Shown: positions 42,553-55,117 of the stretch, piece by piece
Numbering within the stretch: the stretch's first letter is position 1
Layout: each line of letters opens with the position of its first letter
Assembly: GCF_018350175.1 (NCBI RefSeq)
Contig: NC_058383.1
Span: 17,360,001-17,424,000, forward strand
Origin: Felis catus
Lineage: Eukaryota
Direction: 5' to 3'
DNA length: 64,000 nucleotides
The notes under the pieces: model-generated
What the model saw: the letters and a program-made list of their open reading frames with translations, nothing else
Database searches by the model: none
What the model was told of the DNA's origin: nothing
Translations under genes and position numbers: made by a program

Positions 42553-45205
42553 TTGAATATTTTTAGAAGGACACTCAAGAACAGACTTTGGATTATAAAG
42601 TCCAGCCACTAGGGCCTTCCCAATTTATAAGCCAAAATGAAACCAAAGGTCAGAGTGAACCAGTTCCTCCTTACCATGCTCTTATCATCTCTAGACTTGC
42701 TCTTATCAACACTAGACCAAGTTGGCAGCCTCAGGAAGTGACCCATGTGCACCCCCTCTCCAGGCCCACATGCCAGTCATAGGGGACTTTGCAGTAGCTG
42801 GTAAAGTCAGGACTGTTAACACCAGGTAGCTCCAGGAACAGAAATAGCAAGTATCCCCTTGATATCAGGGACTTCACTCAAGAGTTGTCATGCCCAGGTC
42901 CTCAGACAGTAGCTTTAGAAGAGGTTCTTATCCCTGTTCTCCATAGCAGCACAAGGGGGCCACATGGTAGCAGCAGGGACCAGGATGTCATAGCTGCGGG
43001 AAGAGACACCAGTTTGGCCAAGGACACTCACTGCCTGTTGCCATTCGCAAAGTAAGACAAGCACTGACTCCAGGCCTTCTGCCTGTACAGGCTGGCATCA
43101 AAGTCTGACAGAATCCAAGGAAGAAACAAACTGGACTAGGGTATTGGAAATGGAGATTTTTGTTACTACTGACTTGTGAACTTGAGCAAGATGATTTATC
43201 TTGGAGATGACGAGGCACCTTTTAAAAATTGGTACAAAGATACTATAGACCCTAATCAACAGACACCCACGGGTATCTATCTACAATGAAGGATGAAGTG
43301 GGTCCTGTGGAGGTTTAGAAGAAATCCACAACTTCTGCTCCCTTTCTGGGACCAGATAGCACACCCATACCTTGGTCCCCCTCTCTGACACCCCAGGCAT
43401 CCCACATCCCAGTTCCTGCTCCCTGAGGACTCAGATGGTCTGACTTTTTTTAAAAAATTATTTTAACAGCTTTATTAAGAAATAATTTACATGCCATACA
43501 ACTAACCCATTTGAAGTATCCAATTCAGTGGTTTTTAGTATATTCACAGGGTTATGCAACCATCTGAATCTAATTTTAGAATAGTTTCATCCCCTTAAAA
43601 GAAACTCCATACCCATTAGCTGGCACTCCCTATTTACCCCAACCCCAATTCCCAACTCCTTTCCCTTAGCCCTAGTCAATCACCAATCTACTTTCTGTCC
43701 GAGTTGCCTCCTGTGGATGTTTCATGTAAATGGAATCATACATTATGTAACTGGCCTCTTTCACTTAGCACACTGTTCTCAAGGTTCATCCATGCTGTAG
43801 CATTTGTCAGTACTGCATTCCTTTTTATTGTCGAATAATATTCCATTGTATGGAGATACTTTTTTTAATCCATTCACAATTGATGGACATTTGGGTTTCC
43901 TTTGTCTATTGTGAATAATGCAGCTAGGAACATTCATATGAACATTCTATGAACAAGTTTTTATGTGGACATGTTTTTTAATTCTCTTGTTTGCGTATCT
44001 ACCACTTGAGGAACTGTCAGAATGTTTTCCAAATGGCTGCACCATTTTACATTCCCACCAACAGGATATGAATGTTCCAATTTCTCCACACCTTTACCAA
44101 CAGCTGTTATTATCTGCCTTTTTATTATAGCCATCCTTGTGGGTGTGAATTTGTGGTTATGATTTGCATTTCCCTGATGGCAAATGATGTTGGGCATTTT
44201 TTTGTGTGTATTTATTGGCCATTTGTATGTCATCTCTGGGTAAATGTCTGTTCAAGTTCTTTGCCCATTTTTTAATTGGGCTGTTTGACTTTTTGCTGTT
44301 GAGCGGTAATAAAAGCTTTTTATGTATTCTAGATAGAAGTTTCCTATGAGTTGCAAAATTTCTCTCATTGTGTGGGTTGTCCTTTTATTTTCTTGGTGCC
44401 CTTTGAAGCACGAAAGTTTTTAATTTTGATGATATCTCATTTATCTATTTTTTTCTTTTGTTGCTTGTGCTTTGCAGAGCCATAGGTAAGAAACCATTCC
44501 CTAATTCAAGGTCATGAAGATTTATGCCTATGTTTTTATCTAAGAGTGTTACACATGTTTATAAAGTTTACAACCTAGTTATAAACTTACAAGCTTAAAC
44601 TTTATAAAAGTTTATTTTTGGTAAACTATAAAAGTTTTATAGCTCAAAGCTCTCACATTTGGGTCTTTGATCCATATTGGGTTAATTTTTGTGTATGTTT
44701 GAGATAGGGGTTCGATTTCATTCGTTTGCACATGGATATCCAATTGTCCCAGAACTAGGGCGCCTGGGTGGCTCAGTTGGTTAAGCATCTGACTTCAGGT
44801 CATGATCTTGTGGTTTGTAAGTTCAAGCCCCATGTCGGGTTTCATGCTGACAGCTCAGAGCCCGGAGCCTGCTTTGGATTCTGTGTCTCCCTCTTTCTCT
44901 GCCTCTCCCCCGCTTGCGCTCTTTCACTCTCTCTCAAAAATAAACATTAAAAATAATAATAAAATAAAATAATAAAAAGACTTATTTTTCCATTGAAGTG
45001 GCTTGATATCCTTGTTGAAAATTAACTGTACACAGGTTTATTTCTGGAATCTCAATTGTATTCCATGAAGATATACGTATCTATCTATCTATCTATCTAC
45101 TATCTTTACTTTCTTTATGCTAGTATCACACTATTTTGCTTACTGTAGCTTTGTAATAAGTTTTATCAAGACCTGTGATTCCTCCAACTTATATTTCAAG
45201 ATTAA

Positions 45206-45365
45206 NNNNNNNNNNNNNNNNNNNNNNNNNNNNNNNNNNNNNNNNNNNNNNNNNNNNNNNNNNNNNNNNNNNNNNNNNNNNNNNNNNNNNNNNNNNNNNN
45301 NNNNNNNNNNNNNNNNNNNNNNNNNNNNNNNNNNNNNNNNNNNNNNNNNNNNNNNNNNNNNNNNN
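45206..45365. other. Assembly gap (N run)
   Basis: Run of n. Confidence 1.
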
Positions 45366-45987
45366 GGATTTTAAAAATCCATTTGGATTTTAAATTTCTT
45401 TCCACAGTATATTGTAGTTTTCAGTATATAAATCTTACTCATCTTTTGTTAAATTTATATATAAGTATTTTACTTCCTTGTTTCTATTATAAATGGAATT
45501 ATTTTTATTTCATTTTTGGATTGTTTCTTTGCTAGTGATGAGAAATATAATAGATTTTTGTACATTATTCTTATATTCTGCAACCTGGCTAAACTAGTTT
45601 ATTAACTCTAATAGTTTTTATGTGTGTATTCTTTAGGATTTTTCCATATACAAGATCATCTCACCTGGAAAATAGAGATAGTTTACTTCTTCTTTTCCAA
45701 TCTGGATGCCTTTTCTTTCTTTTTCTTGCCTAATTGCCCCAGCTAGAACTTTCAGTACAGTGTTAAAGGGAGCAGTCATCCTGATCTCAGGGGGGAAAAC
45801 ATGCAGTCTTTCACCATTTAAGTATGATGTTAACTGTGAATTTTTTTATAGATGCCCTTTGATACTTAGCAAGTTAAGGAAGTTTCCTTTTATTCCTAGT
45901 TTCTTAAGCTTTTTTATTATTGTAATTAAAGGGTGTTGGATTTTGTCAAATGTATTTTCTATTGAGATGATTATATGGTTTATGTTC

Positions 45988-46142
45988 NNNNNNNNNNNNN
46001 NNNNNNNNNNNNNNNNNNNNNNNNNNNNNNNNNNNNNNNNNNNNNNNNNNNNNNNNNNNNNNNNNNNNNNNNNNNNNNNNNNNNNNNNNNNNNNNNNNNN
46101 NNNNNNNNNNNNNNNNNNNNNNNNNNNNNNNNNNNNNNNNNN
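45988..46142. other. Assembly gap (N run)
   Basis: Run of n. Confidence 1.
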
Positions 46143-46799
46143 TTGATATGTAGTTTTCTTGTGATGTCTTTGTCCAGTTTTATTATCTGGATAATGCCCA
46201 GTCTGACTTCTGGCCTTCAGTTTTCTTCTGCCCTAACTTCCTTTACCTCCCTGGCTCTCTACCAGGACTGTCCCAGGTAATGGGTCCATCTTGGGAGTGC
46301 AAAATCATATGCCCTGCTGTTGATGCCATATGCCATATGCAGCAGCTGGTATCACTCCTCACTCTGTACTACAGACTACAGTCATCATTCCCTTCCCAGC
46401 CAAGTGGCTGGAGAAATTAGGGGCTCCTCACAGGAGTATGCTCCAGGAACAGGGTGAGGAGATAGGGGAAGGCAGCAAGCTTTGTAGCTGGGGCAATCAT
46501 TCTGGATTCAACAAAGGAGATTTGCAGACCAGTTCTCAATTATCTACACACAGTCCACTCTCAACATAAATCCCTCCAGCTGGAGCCTACCTTCCTTTCA
46601 GTCCCTATCCCTGCTCTGACCTCATGTACCTACTCCTAGTCAGCAGGCTTCAACCAAGAGGACCTTCTATTGATTTGTTTCTTCCTTTTCCCAGTCTTTG
46701 GGCTTTTGAACTTGCTCTTCCCTGGTGATGGAACACACTTCCCCAGATTTGCCCATCTGTGATACTTTCTCTTTATTCAAGTCTCAGCTCCAGCCATAC

Positions 46800-49700
46800 A
46801 GTTATTAGGTTTCTGTTCCTGCATATTAAATAACCATCAACTTAGCATCTTAAAATAACACTTATTTCTTATTTTATAGTTCTGTGAGCCAGAAGTCCAG
46901 GTGGACCCATCTGGGTCCTCTACTAAGGGTCTCACAAAGCTGAAGTCAAGGTTTTGTCCAGTCTGGGCTCTTATCTGGAGGCTCTGCCATAGAGTCCACT
47001 TCCAGACTCATCCAGGTTATTAACAGAATTCAGTTCCATTTGGCTGTAGGACTGAGGTCTCTGTTTCTTTGCTGGCTGTCAGTCAGAGGTGGTTCTCAGC
47101 GTCTCAAGGCTATCTATATTCCTTGGCTGGGGGCCCTTCAGAACTGGCAATGGCACATCAAGTCCTCCTTTTTCAAATTTTCTGACTTTTCCTCTTCTAT
47201 TGCTAGCTGGAAAAGCTTCTCTGCTTTTAAGAGTTAATGTTATTACATTGGGTCTACCTGAATAACTCAGTATACTCTCCCTATCTTAAAGTCAACCAAT
47301 TAGTAAACATGGGATACCTGGATGGTGCAGTTGGTTAAGCATCTGACTCTTGATTTTGGCTCAGGTCATGATCTCAAGGTTTGTGGGCTCAAGCCCCGCA
47401 TTGGGTTCTGTGCTGATGGTGCAGAGCCTGCTTGGGATTCTGTCTCTCCTCTCTGCCCCTTCCCCACTGGTGCATGTGTGTGCACGCACACACACACACA
47501 CCCTCTCTCTCATTCTCTCAAAATAAATAAATAAACTTAAAAAAAAACTCAACCAATTACTAAACTTAATTACACCTGCAAAGCCCTTTTTGCCATGTAA
47601 GGTAACATATTCATAGAGATTAGGGCATGGAATCTTTGGAGGCCATTATTCAATTCACCCTCTAGCCCTCAAAGATTTATGTCTGGTCCACATGCAAAAT
47701 ACATTCACTTCCTCCCAAGGTTCTTAAAAGTCTCACCACTGTCCAAAAAGTCTCATCCCATTATAGCATCAACTCAGAATAAAAAAAAAAATCTCACACA
47801 AATCTTATCAAACCCAAAGTCCTAAATCCCATTATCTAAAAGCCGATGCAGATGAAGCTATGGGTATAATCCTTCCTGGAGCACAATTCCTGCCATCTGT
47901 GGACCTATGAAACTAAAGAAACAAAGGGCACCTGGGGGGCTCAGTTAGTTGGGTGTCAGAGTCTTGATTTCACCTCATGTCATGATCTTAAGGTCATGGG
48001 ATCTAGCCCCATGTCGGACTCTGCCAGGCATGAAGACTGCTTGAGATTCTCACTCTATCCCTCTTCCTCTGCCCCTCCCCTGCTTATGTGCGCTCTCTCT
48101 CTCTCTCAAAAAAAAAAAAAAAAAAAAAAAGAGAGAGAGAGAGAGAAAGAAACAAGTCATGTACTCCCAACATGCAATGGTGGGACGTGCATAGGATAAT
48201 AAACATTCTGGCTCAAAATGGGGAGTCACTGGAATTCCAAAATCCAGTTAAGCGAATTCCCTTAGGTTTCTAGGCCAAGAAAGAATCCTTCATGGCTCTG
48301 TTCTGCCCTAAGCTCTCAGGTTGCCCTTTGGATTAGTCACCTTCCCTAAGAAGCCATTCTTGACTACTTATTAGCACAGCCATCTCCAACCCCTTGTCAT
48401 TTTTTGTCATAGCATGCTGCTTAATTTTTAATAATATATGTCATGGTTTTGGAATACCTTAGCTATTTCTTTTCTTGTCCTCTCCACTAAAGTATAAACC
48501 CCATGAAAGGCAGAGATCTTGTCTGTATTTTCACCTCTATTTCTCCACCACCTTCCACAGTATCAGGTACATAACTCTTGCTCAATAAATATTTTATGAC
48601 TAAATGAATGAATGATTTAAATGTGGAACAAGGTGGTATGGTAGGCTAAACAGTGTCCCCCTAACCATGTCCACATCCTAATCCCTGGAACCTGAGAATG
48701 TCACTTTATATGCTAAAGGGACTTTGCAGATGTAATTAAAAATTGTAAAATGGAAGATTATCTTGGGGCATCTGGGTGGGCTCAAAATAATCGTAAGTAT
48801 CCTGATAAGAGGGAGACAGGGTGGTCAGAATCAGAGGAAAAGGTGATGTAACAATGGAAGGTAAGAAGGGAATAATATTCTTTGAAATGGAGTATGAGGC
48901 CACAAGTCAAGGAATACAGGCATCCAATAGAAGCTGAAAAAGGCAAGTGAAAGGTTCCTCCAGAAGGAGCTAGCCCTGCCAACTCCTTGACTTTAGCCCA
49001 GTGAAACTGATTTTGGATTTCTGATCTCTGGAACCATAAAACAATAAATGTGTGTTGCTTTAAGCCACTATGTTTGTGGTAATTTGTAACAGGAGTAATA
49101 GGAAACTAATATAGTGGGATGGGTTAACTCTCATAGTGTGTGGCTGTAACTGCTGACGCCCCCCCCCCCCCCCGCCAATATTCATCCTTCTAAAGTTAGC
49201 TTGTTTCCTGGCAATAGTTCCCCAGTTCCCCTAGAACTTTAATCTGGACAAAAAGCTTGCCCAGGATGAAGATTATATTTCTTGGCCATGTGACTACATT
49301 CTGGCCAATAGGATTAGAGCAGAAATTATTGGTATGACTTCTGCAATTAAGGGTGAAGGGCAAGCTGCCCCCTCCACTTTCCTCCTTCACAAGGACTAAA
49401 CTGTGAAAGTGGTGGTGGACCATCTTAGATCATGTGGGTGAGGGCAATATCCCAGAGAAGGAACAACAAGATAAATAAAATAATTTACTATTTTGTTGTT
49501 GTTGTTCATGGGTACTGATGACGTCATGCCATGGTTAGTTTGCGTCTCTGTTTCATGCAGCTGTACCCATTCACAAACACAGAATTTCCACTTACTATCC
49601 ATTATGTTGGGGCTTCTTGGGAGGGCAGACATCCATACACTTAAGGGAAGTTTGGGTTTTACTTTCTCTTTTTTCCTTTTGAACAAGTCCTTTGTAATAG

Positions 49701-52700
49701 TGCCATTTGTGGGGCAAAGCCTCAGACCTTGTAGCACCACCACAGCTCATTTTGGTATGCCAGTTGTCTTGGAGACAGGAAAGGAGAACTGAATAGAGAG
49801 TCTCTGCAAAATTGAGGGAGCTTCTATCAGTCATCTAGGATCAAATTATGCTGCAGTAACAACTATCCCGAAATTTCAGTGGCGCACAACAAATGTGTTT
49901 TCTCACTCATATTCCATGTCCTCTGTTGGGGGAGGTCATCAAGAGGATGTAACTGTCAGTTGACTGATGAGTTGCGCCTTCACAATCAAAGGCTTCCCTT
50001 CCTTGGAGTGAACATTCAGCTTGCCTTCCCTGCCCCTAGAGGCTGCCCCAAGGACACAGCCTTGAGAAAGCACTGTGTTGTTGAGACCATGTGGATGGTA
50101 CGCATGACTGAATCCACTTAAGGCCTCTATATAAACATTTTTTTTAAGTAGGCTCTACACCCAATGTGGGGCTTGAACCCATGACCCTGAGATCAAGGGT
50201 CATATGCTCTACCAACTGAGCCAGCCAGGTGTCCCAATGCCTCTATATAAATTTTTAAGATTTGGGGACACTTAGGTGGCTCAATCAGTGAAGCATCCAA
50301 CTTCACCTCAGGTCATGATCTCACGGTCCATGAGTGCTGTCAGCACAGAGCCTGCCTCAGATCTTCTGCCTACCTCTCTCTCTCCCCCTTCCCCTCTCCT
50401 TCACTCTTTCTCAAAAATAAATAAAAACATTAAAAAAAAGTTTAAGATTCGGTGGGAGGTACAAAAAAATATATTTGGTGGGAGGTGCAGAGATCTACTC
50501 ATTTGGTGGCTGCCCAAGACCAACTTGTATGTAACTTCCCTTGCTTATTTTAATAATATTATTATTATTTGAAGATTTTAAGTAATCTCCACACCCAACA
50601 TGGGGCTCAAACCCACAACCCCAAGATCAAGATCAACCCCACAACCCCAAGATCAAGTGGAGTCATGCTCCACTGACTGAGCCAGCCAGGTGCCCCTAAG
50701 TCCCCTTCCTTATTAAACCTCCCACTTACCAATCTGCAGTGGCCCTGTCTTTTTGTTTGATTTCCCCTGCCCTCTGTGTACAGGGGCCAATTTCCAATTT
50801 CACTTGGGAAGCGCCAGAGGATGTTGTACAACATCTTCCATGGGACAGCTGTGGCTCTGTTCTATATCATCTTCCTTCCAGAATCCAGTCTGGAGGAACA
50901 GCCTCAATCTGGAATTTTAAGACAAAGAAGAGGAGAAAGGTGGCAGATGTCTTGATGGCTCTTAAACCTTCTTCTTGGAAGTGGTACATGTTGCTCCTAC
51001 TCAAGTTCCGTTGCCAAAAGCAAGCCCCACATACCCAAAGCTGATGTCAGCAGAGTAGGTATATATAATCTCTTCATATGGTGGGACCCCATAGAGAGGG
51101 TTAATGAATGTTTTTGAACAATTGTGGAATCTTCTTGGTCTGCCTTCTTTGTCACAAATATGACCTTTGTGTTTCTTCCACATGCAAAATAAATATGCAT
51201 CCTTCCCAGGGGAGACCACCCAAATGACCCATCTAATCATGGCATCAGAATCAAGAGCAGGACCTCTAATAGTCTCTATATCAGGTCCAGAGATGGCTTC
51301 TCTTGATCCAGAGACCTATAAACCAGAAATCCTCACCCCCTTCCTCCTTCTCCCCCTCCTCACAAGTTATCTCTGCCCCCACCCCCTCACACACATTCAA
51401 CATATGAAGTGGAACAGAGACAGGATAATGGCAGTAAACACTCCCATTTAGAAAGAAGAATGAGAGGGGCACCTGAATAGCTCAGTTGGATGGCATCTAA
51501 CTCTTGATTTTGGCTCAGGTCATGATCCCAGAGTCGTGGTATTGAGCCTCATGTTGGGCTCCATGCTGGTGTGGAGCATGCTTGAGATTCACTCAGTCTA
51601 CCTCTGACCCTCCCTCCACCCCCTGCATGCAGGCACTCTTTTTCTCTCAAATTAAAAAAAAAGAAAAAGAAAATTAGAAGGACAAAGACCCACAGCACTT
51701 ACTGGCCCAGAGTAATTCTAATACCTTGCTGAGCAGATGTTGCAAAGGCCCCCCACTTTTCCTGAGAGTGGGACTGCTCTCTGGGATTAATTCCCTAGTT
51801 CCCATTAAGTAGCTCATCCGTTCCCATTTATTCTCCTTGGCCACATTTGAGAAAACACTGGAAGTTATGCCCTTCTGAGGCAAAGCAGCTTTCTGCCTCC
51901 TTCACGCCCATAGAAATTTGGGAGCCCTCAAGGTCTTAAACACTCATGGTCTTTTAAAAATCCATGATAGTGCCTTTTTGTGAGGAGGGAAAGAGGCTTC
52001 TTATCTATTGGATTCCAGTCACTTGTGGGCCAACTGCCAAACCCACCAATTCTTTTCAGACATGCCTCTCTCTTTAGACTTAATTGTAAGCAAATGGAGC
52101 CTACTCACTCCTTTGGGAGAATTACACTCTTAAACTCTCTTCTCTGAATCATCTTGACTAACTGAAAGGCTTTATTGGGAACCACTTTGACCAAGTCAGA
52201 GGTTTTTACAAAAGGCACGAGAGCCATACACTTGATATCACCCTTGCCACAAAGATGAGTTTTAATCACTTTGTGGTTTAAGGGCCTTATCAGTCGTATC
52301 TTCACTGGCTAAAAATGTAGACCACCTGCCCAGAAGTTTCTATATTCTCTTCCATTTCTGCTTAAAAACTGGCCAATTATTTTTTAGGTCATCTCTTTCT
52401 TACAATAACTTGTCAAATGCATCCAAAGGCAATCAAAGTATGCTACTAATATTCTTTCTCAAATTTTCCCCCCAAAGCCCCAAGCTCATTTGGACATCAT
52501 TTGCATTCTTAGTTATTTCCAGCTTAGAGTTTAACCAAATGCTTCACCACTGCCTAACACATGTCACCATCTTTCCAACTTTCACTGATGGTTTCCTCAT
52601 CAGCCACTGCCCAGCTCCAAAGCCAATGCCATATAATTCAGGTTCATTCTTAATGTGGTAATACCCTACCTCTGGGTACTAGTTCTGTGACAGTTGGTTT

Positions 52701-52990
52701 AGACTTGTTTTTTTTTTTTTTTTTTAGACTTATTCTGACATAACAACAACTAGCCTCCAAATATCAGTGGTTCACAAGTGGGAAAAGAAAAGGCAAGATG
52801 CCAGACTACTTGCTGGTACTTAAAGCTTCTACTGGAAGTGATACTTTACATTTCTACTCATATGCCATTGGCCAAAGCAAGTGCTACACCTAAGTATTGT
52901 AAGCGGGATATGAATGTCTACAGTCCTACAGTGAGTAGTCTACAGGAAGGACAGTATATATTCAGAACAATAATACAATCTATCACAGGG
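46800..52990. mobile_element. Cluster of MaLR/MLT LTR and internal fragments, L2 pieces and Can-SINEs
   Basis: MLT1D-like LTR at about 48635-49115 (tccacatcctaatccctggaacctg...gtttgtggtaatttgtaacag). SINEs at about 47311-47548, 47926-48130, 50140-50235, 50265-50440, 50575-50696 and 51466-51670. Confidence 0.65.
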
Positions 52991-53114
52991 CTGCAGAAAT
53001 GTCAATCATTGAGTTCATCCACTCCTTCATACACACTCTGCTGCAGTTTTGTACCAAGTAAGACTTCACATACATCTTGGTCAAAGACAAAGTCTTGATT
53101 CGAGGTAGACAATT

Positions 53115-53331
53115 TATTTTTTTTTAACGTTTTTAAGTTTATTTATTTTTGACAGAGACAGAGTGTGAGTATGAGCTGGGGAGGGGCAGAAAGAGAGACA
53201 CAGAATCCGAAGCAGGCTCCAGGCTCTGAGCTGTCAGCACAGAGCCTGACATGGGACTCGAACCCACAAACCATGAGACCATGACCTGGGCCAAAGTCAG
53301 AAGCTCAACCGACTGAACCACCCAGGCACCC
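53115..53331 (-). mobile_element. Can-SINE
   Basis: TSD-like tcgaggtagacaatttat / tcgaggtagataatttat. Confidence 0.88.
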
Positions 53332-53798
53332 CTCGAGGTAGATAATTTATATAGGCTGGTCAAAGTAGCCTGACCCAGACCAGTCAGGTTTCTTTTCCTA
53401 GTAATTTGAACCATGAAATATTGAGTGATGAGTGAATGAGGCAATAAGTGGGGAGAGCTATAGATGAAAAGCTATGCTGCAAGATGGATTTGGAAAAGCC
53501 GCACTCAACCAAGACCCTGTTCCCTGAACAGCAGCCAAGACAGGACTTCAGCGCAAAATCTGCCCCTACCTCCTCACTGAGCTCAGTTTTCCCCAGGAGA
53601 GGGTATCGACAAGAGAGCCACCTTGTGGATTTTCACTGGAGTGAAATCTCCAGTGCATGGGTCCACCTGACTGCGAGATTTGCCCCAAACTTGCCACTCA
53701 CCTGTTCAAAACCCTTCCATGTGTCCCCTAGCCCACAGGAAAAGTTCAAACTACCAGGCCAGCATCCGAGACCTCACTGGGCCATCTAGCTACCTCTT

Positions 53799-55117
53799 TC
53801 AGGAGGTTCTGCACAGCTTCCTGGGTGAGACAGAGAGGTAAACAGGCTTTCAGGGGTGACGCCGTCTAGCAAAACCGATCAGAAGTCACATACCCCACAC
53901 GGATACCCAGCTGCATTACCCAGCTGCGTAGATGTGACACAGTCTTTGCCTTGGTCTGATAGTCTCCTATCAGATCCCAGTAGGTGCCACAGGTCGTGCA
54001 GTTTTCCTCTGAAGGCAGAAAGGTGAGTGCGTGGGCAAAGGCGAACAACAGGACAGAGTTCCGCTGAAGATGCAGGCCGCAGGGGAAGAGAGGGAGAATT
54101 AGGGAAACCCAGAGGCCCCGTATTCAAATCAGTCTTCTACTGGGGCAGGATCCGTCCTACCTCGCAGTTTTCCCATTGAGCCGACATCCAGATTGTGTTT
54201 GCACACCTTTCCTGTAGATGTCTAGGGCTTCATCTGTACACGGGATACACGATCTCAGGCAGGACGGAGGAATGGGTACCCTCCAAGACTTGCACAGCTG
54301 CCCAGTTCAGCGAAGAGGGAGAGGGACCCAGCCACGCCTTCTTGGGTGAAGTCCCAGACTCACTACCCCAGGCAGACTCACAAGTTCGTGCCCCTCCGCC
54401 TGTTAGAGTTTTGATCATGCCCCCGACGCCCTGTGATCCAATCACTTTTGGGTGCAACTGAGGACTCGCTGAGGCCCCTCCCATATCAGCCTTTGGTTAA
54501 TTGTGGTTTAATACCCAGTGTTCACTTCCCCAGGACGTCTAACAGGCCAATCCCGATGCGCTTTAGGAACAACATTTAGTTCCGCTGGCCAATCATTTTC
54601 CAATTCCCACAAGGCCACGCCTCCTAGACTCAGAGCCAAGCTTACGCTTGGACCTGGATCTGGCGCAGGCGCCTTGCAACAGCCGCGCCAGGGTCACTTG
54701 AGGGCCACGGGGAGGCGCTGCAGGCGGGAGCCCAGATGGATGGAGGCAGAGCAGGCAGGGATCATCGGGGCCTAACCCCACCCCCCGGCTCCTTCCCCCA
54801 GGCCAGGCCCAGGGGCGGAGAATGAGACTGCACCGAGGGACACACGTCCAGCCCTTCCATGACTCGTGTCACCCCAGCAACTATATGTGTGTAGCCGAAG
54901 CAAGCGGTACTGTGGCCAGATGGGCTGGGCAAGGGCGGCTTGGAGCAGCAGCGTCATCAGCAGCAGGGACCTGTGGGATCGAAAATGGGATAGGACAGGG
55001 CGGCTGGAACCCACCCCCCAGACCTTGGTTGGGGACAGGCACCGCCCCATTCCAACCAGGCTTCAGAGCCAGAAGCCAGCTTACCCACGAAACTAGGTGT
55101 CTGAGGACGGGTGCCAT
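53799..55117 (-). pseudogene. Candidate unnamed multi-exon secreted-protein gene, apparently disabled
   Basis: Six exon-like blocks with GT-AG boundaries: 55085-55117, 54846-54970, 54646-54717, 54161-54297, 53894-54063 (or -54008), 53799-53820. Kozak GGCATGG; signal-peptide-like SLLLMTLLLQAALAQP; one frameshift and one in-frame TGA in the best model. See findings. Confidence 0.5.
54320..54700. promoter_or_regulatory. CCAAT/GC-box cluster (orphan promoter-like element)
   Basis: CCAAT at 54438, 54547, 54589 and 54600; KLF/Sp-like GCCACGCC at about 54331 and 54614; NRF1-like GCGCAGGCGC at about 54663. Confidence 0.5.

Larger units (their letters stand above)
43450..46190 (-). mobile_element. 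LINE-1 (L1MB-like) 3' portion, with a SINE at about 44758-44975 and two gaps
   Basis: Typical antisense L1 3' end (cagctttattaagaaataatttacatgccatac; tgcaccattttacattcccaccaaca). ORF 43961-44233 resembles the decayed ORF2 C-terminus. Confidence 0.85.

Noticed and set aside
43961-44233. 90-aa ORF
   Set aside because: Decayed LINE-1 ORF2 C-terminal fragment.
45117-46280. ORFs containing X runs (also 9619-9978)
   Set aside because: Artefacts of N gaps.
53696-53760. Consensus minus-strand donor ACAG|gtgagt extending the candidate gene further
   Set aside because: It lies in an L2-like fragment and after stop codons in the frames examined.
54230-54232. In-frame TGA in the candidate gene read as selenocysteine
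   Set aside because: I could not identify a SECIS-like element downstream (the 3' flank is L2-like), there is also a frameshift between exons A and B, and a simple nonsense mutation is more parsimonious.
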